Shown here: positions 20,949 to 28,119 of the stretch, piece by piece
Numbering within the stretch: the stretch's first letter is position 1
How the letters are laid out: each line of letters starts with the position of its first letter
Source: an uncultured Gaiellaceae bacterium
GTDB taxonomy: Bacteria > Actinomycetota > Thermoleophilia > Gaiellales > Gaiellaceae
Length of the DNA: 64,000 nt
NCBI GenBank assembly: GCA_963808865.1
Contig: CAWEGY010000003.1
Coordinates: 6,709-70,708, forward strand
Direction of reading: 5' to 3'
Position numbers and translations under genes: made by a program
The notes under the pieces: generated by a model
What the model saw: only the letters and a program-made list of their open reading frames with translations
Database searches by the model: none
What the model was told of the DNA's origin: nothing

Positions 20949-20981
20949 GAGTGGCCGTTCCCAGCGGCCACTCTTCTTTTT
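20949..20981 (+). terminator. plus-strand rho-independent-type terminator GAGTGGCCG-ttcccag-CGGCCACTC-TTCTTTTT
   Basis: 9-bp stem followed by a T-rich tract on the plus strand only. Located inside the 320-nt gap upstream of the minus-strand protease gene. Confidence 0.5.
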
Positions 20982-21001
20982 GGTACGCAGCCCCGATCGG
21001 G

Positions 21002-21040
21002 GAGCGCGAGCTCGAGGCGGGTGGTGGTGGGCTGAACTAG
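21002..21040 (+). repeat. copy B of the dispersed repeat (GAGCGCGAGCTCGAGGCGGGTGGTGGTGGGCTGAACTAG)
   Basis: Read directly. Contains a GGT GGT insertion relative to the consensus and is followed by GCC as in copy A. Confidence 0.8.
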
Positions 21041-21101
21041 CCTGACGTTCGGGCCGTAGAACTCGCGCCTTGTCGCGCATCGCGACGACACTGGGGCGCG
21101 G

Positions 21102-21533
21102 TTATCTCGTAAACCGCACCGATTCGCACTCGCGGGGTGTCCCATCGAGTAGGCGTCGTACAACGTCGCGATCAGCCTCAGGCACGCCCGCGAGGACAAC
21201 CAGATCGTCGCCGGCGCCACAGGAAACGAAGTCGACCAGCCGACCTTCGACGTATGCGGCGAACACAGTGTCGGCCCCTTCCTCACCGGACACATAGTCC
21301 TTGCCGCCACCCCCAGCGACTACGTCGTTGCCGGAGCCGCCGAAGACAACATCGAATCCGCCACGACCATTTAGATCGTCGTTCCCGTCGAAGCCGTAGA
21401 TCACATCGCCCGCCGGCGTACCCTGGATTTCGTCGCTGTGGGGTGTGCCCTTGATCGCGGATGTGGTCGCACCCTCGGCGGCCAAACCGAGAGTAAGGAC
21501 AGCCAGGACGGTTAAAGCGAGAGCGCGAATCAT
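21102..21533 (-). CDS. secreted hemolysin-type calcium-binding (RTX-like GGxGxD) repeat protein
   Basis: Signal peptide MIRALALTVLAVLTLGLAAEG and repeats GFDGNDDLNGRGGFDVVFGGSGNDVVAGGGGKDYVSGEEGADTV. Confidence 0.75.
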   Translation of the reverse strand: MIRALALTVLAVLTLGLAAEGATTSAIKGTPHSDEIQGTPAGDVIYGFDGNDDLNGRGGFDVVFGGSGNDVVAGGGGKDYVSGEEGADTVFAAYVEGRLVDFVSCGAGDDLVVLAGVPEADRDVVRRLLDGTPRECESVRFTR

Positions 21534-21601
21534 CGACAGTTGAGGCGCCTTGTGCTCGAGAAGAGATGGGCCCAAAGGGTACGGAATTCTGGCTGCTGGA
21601 G

Positions 21602-21630
21602 GAGCGCGAGTTCGAGGTGGGCGGGCTGAC
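21602..21630 (+). repeat. copy C of the dispersed repeat (GAGCGCGAGTTCGAGGTGGGCGGGCTGAC)
   Basis: Read directly. Preceded by TGGCTGCTGGAG, which is shared with copy E. Confidence 0.7.
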
Positions 21631-21854
21631 CCAGGCGCTACGTCACCGGCCCCTCATTCGTGTGAGCGATGTGACACGGAAGGGGCATGGATCGCCTCGG
21701 TGGGCGGTGGCAGTCTGGAACGGCATCAGGAGAGGCTGGGCGTAGTCAGAGAGGATGGCCGGCTCACGAGAGGGGCCGACGAGGGAGCGGTAGTGCCGCA
21801 GCTATCCCTTCCTCCTACGTCCAGCCTCACCGTGATGCCGTACCGAGTCTTAAG

Positions 21855-21883
21855 GAGCGGGAGCTCAAGCGGGCGGGCTGCAC
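21855..21883 (+). repeat. copy D of the dispersed repeat (GAGCGGGAGCTCAAGCGGGCGGGCTGCAC)
   Basis: Read directly. The most degenerate copy. Confidence 0.6.
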
Positions 21884-21928
21884 GGATGAAGCCGTGGTGA
21901 GTCTTCTCGGTGGGGTTCCCGTAGCGAA

Positions 21929-21959
21929 GGACGGGCCGGGTTGCTCACCCGGCCCGTCC
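21929..21959. terminator. hairpin GGACGGGCCGGG-ttgctca-CCCGGCCCGTCC downstream of the PRC-barrel gene
   Basis: 12-bp perfect stem, about 70 nt beyond the minus-strand stop at 22028. Confidence 0.6.
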
Positions 21960-22027
21960 GCTACGTCAAGGGCTCATGGACTCCATCGCCACTTCTAGTA
22001 AGGCGATCCGGAGTCGACCGACGGAGG

Positions 22028-22408
22028 TCACCAGTCGCGGTAACCCTTGCCGTCCGGGCCGTAGTACGAACCCAGCTTCGTGCGGTAACTCTCGTCATTC
22101 CTCAGCGTGTCCTCGAACTCAGGCGAGTTCTTGATCTCGTCCTTCGTACGGTTGACGAAGACCGTCTCGCTCTCGTGGTCGACGTTCCGAAGCACGCCCA
22201 CCGGGAGCATGACCTTCTTGCCGAAGATCCACGGCCCGGTGTCGACGACGATGTGTCCAGTGTCCGTTTCGAAAGACGCGTCGTCGATCTTGCCGATCGA
22301 CCCGTCGATGGACTCGACGTCGAAGCCGACGATTTCCTGCTTGCTCAGGCTCGTGGCGAGAGTCGGGTCGCGATACATCCACACGTTGTGCGTGAGTGTC
22401 TTGGGCAT
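22028..22408 (-). CDS. PRC-barrel domain protein
   Basis: IVGFDVESIDGSIGKIDD...HIVVDTGPWIFGKKVMLPVGVL is a PRC-barrel pattern. Confidence 0.65.
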   Translation of the reverse strand: MPKTLTHNVWMYRDPTLATSLSKQEIVGFDVESIDGSIGKIDDASFETDTGHIVVDTGPWIFGKKVMLPVGVLRNVDHESETVFVNRTKDEIKNSPEFEDTLRNDESYRTKLGSYYGPDGKGYRDW

Positions 22409-22510
22409 CTAGCCTCCTCTCGTGTGGTTCATGTTCTTGCTTACCCCGTCCCAGGAAATCGAAAGAGCACCACCCTAAGAAAGGCGTTAAGTGGCAGATG
22501 TGACGTGCTG

Positions 22511-22547
22511 CTGGTCTAACGAGCGCGAGCTCGAGGCCGGCGGTTAG
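22511..22547 (+). repeat. copy E of the dispersed repeat (CTGGTCTAACGAGCGCGAGCTCGAGGCCGGCGGTTAG)
   Basis: Read directly. Shares the CTGGTCTRAC prefix with copy F and ends 4 nt before the stop of the convergent gene at 22551. Confidence 0.75.
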
Positions 22548-22550
22548 GCG

Positions 22551-23198
22551 TTACCCACGTAGCGACGAGCACGTCGCGATGTACGAGCGCTGGGCCATAG
22601 GGCGACCGTCAGACCACTCCTCCTGCACACGCACAGTGAACCTGCATGGCGCCAGTAGCGACACGCGGAGGTAGTAGTTGTGGCCGTCCGATCCGAAGTA
22701 GCTACAGCGGTGCGCACCGGTAAATGGCCTCGTGACCACGCTCCTCACGGCTTGATAACCGGTCGCTTGCGCTTTGGCGAGCTCTTGGCCGCACACGATG
22801 TCGGCTGCTTCGCGAACAGACATCGGCGGCTCCGCGGCGACGATCGCGATGCTGGTTCTTAGCGTGCCTGATTCGCCACACCTCACGATCACGGGCAAAC
22901 GACCGGGCTCCACGTTCGGGCCAATGCGCCAGCGCCACGTGACCCGTCCACCGGTCTTCGGCTCTAGTTCTTGGGACCGAGGAACGCTGTTTCCGTGCTT
23001 CGCCGTGACCCTGAGGGTGCAGCGTGCCTTGGGCGAGACGCTAACCGTCAGTTTCGCGCTCCTACCGGCCGTGACGGTGGACGTAAGCGCGATGCGTTCG
23101 ACTGCGGCGGAAGCGACACTGACGCCGACTAGGCCGACACTTAGCAGTACAACGACCGGCATCAAACGCCGGCGCATGAAGCTGAAGCGTGGTGCCAT
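22551..23198 (-). CDS. secreted hypothetical protein (215 aa)
   Basis: Signal peptide (LMPVVVLLSVGLVGVSVASA). No family recognised. Confidence 0.55.
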   Translation of the reverse strand: MAPRFSFMRRRLMPVVVLLSVGLVGVSVASAAVERIALTSTVTAGRSAKLTVSVSPKARCTLRVTAKHGNSVPRSQELEPKTGGRVTWRWRIGPNVEPGRLPVIVRCGESGTLRTSIAIVAAEPPMSVREAADIVCGQELAKAQATGYQAVRSVVTRPFTGAHRCSYFGSDGHNYYLRVSLLAPCRFTVRVQEEWSDGRPMAQRSYIATCSSLRG

Positions 23199-23525
23199 GG
23201 AGCACTAACCCATCAGCACATGCGTTCGCGACGGCGAGACGCGCACACTCGCGTTCCCTCCGCAGCTCACCTCTGTGCACGTCATGTCTCCCCTTGCCTC
23301 ATATGTACAGATACCCAGGTCGGCGTCAGGTCAGTCGCTTCATTCGCGGTGACCAGGCGGTCGCTCGCAGTCCCGTCCGCGCAATCCGAAGGCCGAGCCG
23401 ACCGCGGAACTCCTCCCCAGGGAGAGGGAAGGGAGCGGAGGACGCAAGTCGGCCCGGCAGCGTCGGCTTCGTTCCTCCGTGCGCTGATCCTTCGTGCTGC
23501 ATCGAACGTGTGTACGCTCGCCTGG

Positions 23526-23781
23526 ATGATGCTCGCCGGCCTGCGCGTCCCCGATCGCGACGTGCTCGAGCTCGCCCGCAGCCTCCGTGATGCCGGGCTC
23601 GACGCCACGGCCGAGACGCTCGAGCGGGCTTACGACAACGAGGTCGTCGTCCTCGCGTACAATCGCAGACCGGGAGGCGATCCTCCCAGCGCTCGACGAC
23701 GCCGGAAGCGAGGCGCTGGCCGAGCTTCGCGCCGTGCTCCTGCTCGAGCATGAGGGGCGGGTGCGCGAGGGGCTGGTCTGA
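23526..23781 (+). CDS. small conserved hypothetical protein, paralog 2 (MMLAGLRVPD... family), apparent frameshift near 23657
   Basis: The first part is in ORF 23220..23753. The end (TIADREAILPALDDAGSEALAELRAVLLLEHEGRVREGLV*) is in ORF 23587..23781. Confidence 0.55.
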
Positions 23782-23814
23782 CGAGAGCGCGAGCTCGAGG
23801 CGGGCGGGCTGAAC
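23773..23814 (+). repeat. copy F of the dispersed repeat (CTGGTCTGACGAGAGCGCGAGCTCGAGGCGGGCGGGCTGAAC)
   Basis: The best consensus copy. Begins at the last codons of paralog 2. Confidence 0.85.
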
Positions 23815-23828
23815 TCGGAGGCTAAGTG

Positions 23829-23866
23829 CAGCACGGGGATGCGGACGAGCCGCAATCCCCGTGCTG
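23829..23866. terminator. hairpin CAGCACGGGGAT-n14-ATCCCCGTGCTG between convergent genes
   Basis: 12-bp perfect stem between paralog 2 (plus) and the 23878..24126 gene (minus). Confidence 0.6.
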
Positions 23867-23877
23867 GCAGAACGGAC

Positions 23878-24126
23878 TTACGACGGGCTACCGCCGCACG
23901 AGACCTTCCAGGCCTGGTTCTGATCGCCGTTCGTCCCGGCGCGGTCTGCGGCGAGAGCGCCCCACTCGGAAGCGCCCGGGTCTCCGCTGCCCTGCAACGC
24001 GTGAATGTTCGTAGACCTGTCCTCGCCGAAGCAGCCCTGATCGTCGGGCTGTCCGGCGACGGCCGAGCCTGCGCCGATGACGCCGAGGACGGCCAGAACG
24101 GTGAAAATCGCGAGCTTCTTGTGCAT
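23878..24126 (-). CDS. small secreted hypothetical protein (82 aa)
   Basis: MHKKLAIFTVLAVLGVIGAGSAVAGQP signal peptide and AAGGGGAG RBS. Trimmed from ORF 23878..24156. Confidence 0.6.
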   Translation of the reverse strand: MHKKLAIFTVLAVLGVIGAGSAVAGQPDDQGCFGEDRSTNIHALQGSGDPGASEWGALAADRAGTNGDQNQAWKVSCGGSPS

Positions 24127-24402
24127 CTCGCTCCCCTTCGTGTAGACAACAAGCAACGAAGGTCCTATCGCTCGATGCGTCGCATCACATGACCCCCTTC
24201 GGGGGTTTCAATCAGGCCAACGCGCACGCCACTCGCCTTCGTCCAGGTCCGCGGCACCATGCTCGCGTGTGAGGTCGAGACCGCGGCCGAATCTCCGGGT
24301 GGTCGTCCACTCGGAACGCCACTGACCGGGGCATACGACGGGCGATTGGGTCATTGACTTCGCATCGCGGGCGGCACATGGTGAGCGGGACAGGGAGGGA
24401 AC

Positions 24403-24852
24403 ATGCGACGCATTCTTGGACTCGCACTTCTTCTGGCGGGTGTACTCGTCTTCTCCGTCGGTACGCCGTTTGCTGGGGCGGGAACGAAGCTCAACTCCAC
24501 GCAGGTAGTCGACGACAACGGTCATCTTGTCCTCAACTTCGAGGAGCGCGGCCTGAAGAAGTTCACAGCGGTCGACTATCGACTCGATGCGACCGCAAGT
24601 GCCATGACGTGTGACGTGACAGGCGAGCAATGCCTCGCGGGGCTTTTCAACTCTACGGTCACCGCGCTCGGGCTCGTCCCGGATGACAAGGGCCGCGTCG
24701 TGGGGACCCTAACGCTGAGCGACGTTCACTTTCCAACTGACGTCCCTTGCACATGCGGATCGCGGCATGTCGACTACTACGACATGACGCTCACGAACCT
24801 CACAACCGGCGAGGTGTACAGCCTAGACCCGATCAGCCGAGACTTCCCGTAG
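24403..24852 (+). CDS. secreted hypothetical protein (149 aa)
   Basis: Signal peptide MRRILGLALLLAGVLVFSVGTPFAGA and GGGAGGGA RBS. Confidence 0.6.
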   Translation: MRRILGLALLLAGVLVFSVGTPFAGAGTKLNSTQVVDDNGHLVLNFEERGLKKFTAVDYRLDATASAMTCDVTGEQCLAGLFNSTVTALGLVPDDKGRVVGTLTLSDVHFPTDVPCTCGSRHVDYYDMTLTNLTTGEVYSLDPISRDFP

Positions 24853-25109
24853 AGCCGCATCCGGGGCGTGCTAGTCGCCGACGCTGCGCCGATTGACCGT
24901 CTGCCAGGCGCCGTTTCCGATGTACACCGAGCGATCCGCCGAACGTGCCCGCTCGACGAGCCTCTCGTGACGTCGGGATCGACGAACGCGCTGATCGAGA
25001 CTCGCTCCTCGGTTCGCATCAGCCCAGAACATAGCAAGCGTTTTGCAAGTCTACGAGCAAGCTGACGAGACGCAAGTGCAGGAGTAGGCTCCGGCGCGTG
25101 CGCCGGTTC

Positions 25110-25793
25110 TTACGTGTCCCGCTCGCGGAATGACTGGTACTCGGCCTCCATCATCTCGGCGAACGATCGGTAGCGGATCGCTCCCGGAAGCCAATTGGCG
25201 AAGAACCACGCCTCCCATTCGCCGTCCGGGGTCACGACCTTCGGATTGAGCAGGTAGATCGCGGAGTCGCCTATATCGCTGACTTCCAATGCGGACTGAA
25301 GATATTCGACCCGGAAGCGTGCCGAATCCTGCGTTTCGCCGTAGACGAGGTACTCCTCGTCCGTCAACGACAGTCCATCGAGCCCGCCGTACGGGTTGAC
25401 ATACGCATCGATCCAGTCGGCGTTCCGCACGCGGAACCAGTCGATCTCCTCGGTCGACCACATCCGCCAGATGGAGCTACCCGTCTGCCGCCAGCCGTTG
25501 GAGACCGTGAGGAACTCCCGGTACGACGGAGGCAGGCCGACGCCTAGCCGCGCCTCGAGGGCATCGAGTTCCTCTTCCGTTGCGCCCGGAAAACCGAGCC
25601 AGCCTGATTCCGCGACTTCGGATGGGATGTCCGGGTACGCGTCGGCCTCGATGAGCTCCTTGCTCAAGGTCTCGAGGAACGGTCGCCAGTCGGTGATCGT
25701 CACCGACCATGCATGTTGTCGAAAGGTGCGCAAGTAGGCGAGCTCGGAGACGTCCGACTTGAGGGCGAGGACGTCGATGTCGACCGTGGCCAT
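25110..25793 (-). CDS. SMI1/KNR4 (SUKH superfamily) protein
   Basis: LEARLGVGLPPSYREFLTVSNGW ... LLNPKVVTPDGEWEAWFF is a typical SMI1/KNR4 pattern. Confidence 0.75.
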   Translation of the reverse strand: MATVDIDVLALKSDVSELAYLRTFRQHAWSVTITDWRPFLETLSKELIEADAYPDIPSEVAESGWLGFPGATEEELDALEARLGVGLPPSYREFLTVSNGWRQTGSSIWRMWSTEEIDWFRVRNADWIDAYVNPYGGLDGLSLTDEEYLVYGETQDSARFRVEYLQSALEVSDIGDSAIYLLNPKVVTPDGEWEAWFFANWLPGAIRYRSFAEMMEAEYQSFRERDT

Positions 25794-26137
25794 GTCGGAG
25801 AGTTACACGGCGGCGAATTGCGAACAGCGTTTCGCATTCGGCACCGAAACAGTTGGCCCTCGCGACGCCTGCAAGCATCCGAAGGCCGTAGCGACGAAGG
25901 GGAGTAGCCCTCGCCGCAGTTCCATCGTGGCGACCGATGACGGCGCCTGCGGCAGTTGTGTGCCACGCCGCCGCCGTGGCACAAAATCGTGGCACAGAGG
26001 CCCGAAAACGACCCTGTTCGCGCTCCGAGTGGAAGCTTGGATTCGGACTCTTCGTGTGCCGGTATCCCTAGCGCCGGTGGGGGATGGTGGCCCTTCGTGA
26101 ACCCGCCTGGCCCGACGTGGCCCAACCCAACTCGCTA

Positions 26138-26210
26138 TGCGCCCGGCAGGAATCGAACCTGCGACCTCGCGCTCCGGAGGCGCGCGCTCTATCCCCTGAG
26201 CTACGGGCGC
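26138..26210 (-). tRNA. tRNA-Arg (anticodon CCG)
   Basis: The reverse complement folds as a cloverleaf: acceptor GCGCCCG/CGGGCGC, D stem GCTC/GAGC, anticodon stem CGCGC/GCGCG with loop CTCCGGA, T arm GCAGG-TTCGATT-CCTGC. 73 nt, no encoded CCA. Confidence 0.93.
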
Positions 26211-26273
26211 TCGGGCGCCAGTGTATCCGGGAGCGCTGTGGCGCCTCCCCGCGACAGGTCATAGGCTCCCGGC

Positions 26274-26744
26274 GTGCTCGTCGCCGACGTCGCGGAGTCG
26301 TACACCGACCTCGTCACGACGGTCTTCTCGTCCACGATCGCTGCGAAAGCGTGGTTCGCGACAGGCGCGCTCGTGCTCGCACTCGTGCAGGTGACGACCG
26401 CGGCGCGCATCTACGGGCGGCTGAGCTTCCTGCCCGAGCGGGGCTCGGCGATCGCCCGGATGCACCGCTGGTCGGGACGTATCGCGTTCCTGCTCACGCT
26501 GCCGATCTTCTTCCACTGCGTCACGATCCTCGGCTTCCAAACGCCCGACACGCGCGTCGCCGTGCACTCGCTCGTCGGCACGTTCCTGTACGGCGTCTTC
26601 GTCGCGAAGGTGCTCGTCGTCCGCGATCGCAGCCTCCCCGCCTGGGCTCTTCCGACCGCGGGTCTCACACTCGCGTCGCTGCTCGGCGTGCTCTGGCTGA
26701 CCTCGAGCCTCTGGTACTTCACGACGGTCAGGTTCGGGTTCTGA
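26274..26744 (+). CDS. integral membrane protein (4 TM, possibly DUF6529-like)
   Basis: Four hydrophobic segments. Translationally coupled to the downstream cytochrome c gene (TGATG). Confidence 0.55.
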   Translation: MLVADVAESYTDLVTTVFSSTIAAKAWFATGALVLALVQVTTAARIYGRLSFLPERGSAIARMHRWSGRIAFLLTLPIFFHCVTILGFQTPDTRVAVHSLVGTFLYGVFVAKVLVVRDRSLPAWALPTAGLTLASLLGVLWLTSSLWYFTTVRFGF

Positions 26745-27088
26745 TGGGTAGGGGTTGGAGGCCGGTCCTCGCCGGCGCCGGAGTCGTCGTCGTCACGTTC
26801 GTAGTTGCGCAGGCGCAGGTCTTCGCCCCGTCCGAGCCGGCCGGGGCGTCCGCAACCGGCGGCGACCTCGATCGCGGCGACGCCGTCTTCCAGCGCGAGT
26901 GCGCCGGTTGTCACGGCGAGAGCGGTGAGGGAGGTGGCGTGGGACCAGCTCTGGCCGGCGCGGGACTCGACGCGCCTACAGTGACCGCCGCAGTCCGACA
27001 GGGGCGCGGGGTCATGCCCGCGGGCATCGTGTCCGGCCAGGACGAGGCGGACGTCGTCGCGTACGTCGTCTCGATCTCGGCATCCTGA
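26744..27088 (+). CDS. membrane-anchored c-type cytochrome
   Basis: N-terminal TM, CAGCHG heme-binding motif and a downstream Met ligand region (GVMPAG). Internal ATG of ORF 26084..27088. Confidence 0.8.
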   Translation: MGRGWRPVLAGAGVVVVTFVVAQAQVFAPSEPAGASATGGDLDRGDAVFQRECAGCHGESGEGGGVGPALAGAGLDAPTVTAAVRQGRGVMPAGIVSGQDEADVVAYVVSISAS

Positions 27089-27093
27089 GCGCG

Positions 27094-28107
27094 ATGGAGG
27101 TCGAGGCCAGCATCGTCCGGTTGTCGCTCGCCGAAACGTTCGTCATCGCCCGCGAAGCGACCGACTTCGCCGACGTCGTTCACGTCTCGGTGGCTCACGA
27201 AGGCGTGACCGGCTACGGAGAGGCGGCGCCGATCGAACGGTACGGCGAGTCCGCCGCGTCCGCGCTCGTGTTCGTCGCCGAGCACGGCGAGCTGCTGGGA
27301 GACGATCCGTTCGCACTCGAGGAGATCGGCGAGCGTCTTGCCGGGATCCCAGGCGAGCAGGCCGCCAAGGCGGCGCTCGACGCAGCCCTCCACGACCTCC
27401 TGGGGAAGCTGCTCGAGATCCCCGTCCTTCGGCTGCTCGGCCTGCCTCGGGCGGGGCCACCGACGTCCTGGACCATCTGGCTCGGCGACCCCGACGACAT
27501 GGCTCGCCGGGCGGAGAAGGCGGCGACCACGTATCGCCGTCTCAAGCTGAAGCTCGGAGGCAGAGACGGCCTCGACGTGGAGCGCGTGCGCGCGGTGCGC
27601 GGAGTCACGGAGCTGCCGCTCATGGTCGACGTGAACGAGTGGTGGTCGCTCGAGGAGGCGCTCGACGCGCTTCCGCAGCTCGCTGCGCTCCGCGTCGAGT
27701 ACTGCGAGCAGCCGCTGCCTGCCGGCGACGAGGGCGGGAAGACGCTGAAGGAGCGCTCGCCGATTCCGATCTACGTCGACGAGGACTGTCACACGCTCGC
27801 CGACGTCGCCCGCTGCGCCGGAATCGCACACGGGATCAACATCAAGCTCGCGAAGTCGGGCGGGATCCGCGAAGGCATACGCATGGCGCACGCGGCGCGG
27901 GCGCTCGGGCTCGGGGTCATGCTTGGGTGCATGCTCGAGTCCGGGCTGGGGATCGCCGCCGGCTGCTGCGTCGCACCCCTGTGCGACCACGTCGACCTCG
28001 ACGGAAACCTCCTGCTCGCCGAAGACCCCAGGCCCGGCATCGAGCTCGTCGACGGGGTGCAGACGCCTTCACTCGCCCCGGGCCTCGGAGTCGCGGGCCC
28101 GCTCTAG
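27094..28107 (+). CDS. enolase-superfamily dipeptide epimerase / N-acyl amino acid racemase-like
   Basis: KLKLG, MVDVNEWW, YCEQP, VDEDC and NIKLAKSGG give a catalytic Lys/Asp/Glu pattern like L-Ala-D/L-Glu epimerases. Confidence 0.8.
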   Translation: MEVEASIVRLSLAETFVIAREATDFADVVHVSVAHEGVTGYGEAAPIERYGESAASALVFVAEHGELLGDDPFALEEIGERLAGIPGEQAAKAALDAALHDLLGKLLEIPVLRLLGLPRAGPPTSWTIWLGDPDDMARRAEKAATTYRRLKLKLGGRDGLDVERVRAVRGVTELPLMVDVNEWWSLEEALDALPQLAALRVEYCEQPLPAGDEGGKTLKERSPIPIYVDEDCHTLADVARCAGIAHGINIKLAKSGGIREGIRMAHAARALGLGVMLGCMLESGLGIAAGCCVAPLCDHVDLDGNLLLAEDPRPGIELVDGVQTPSLAPGLGVAGPL

Positions 28108-28119
28108 ATTTCAGGCTCG

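Noticed and set aside
22514-22550. Integron attC reading of repeat copy E (GTCTAAC ... GTTAGGC resembles the R''/R' core sites RYYYAAC / GTTRRRY)
   Set aside because: Only this one copy shows the core-site pattern. The spacing (about 22 nt) is far shorter than real attC sites, and the internal sequence lacks L'/L'' symmetry. No intI-like gene is present, and gene orientation relative to the repeats is inconsistent with cassettes.
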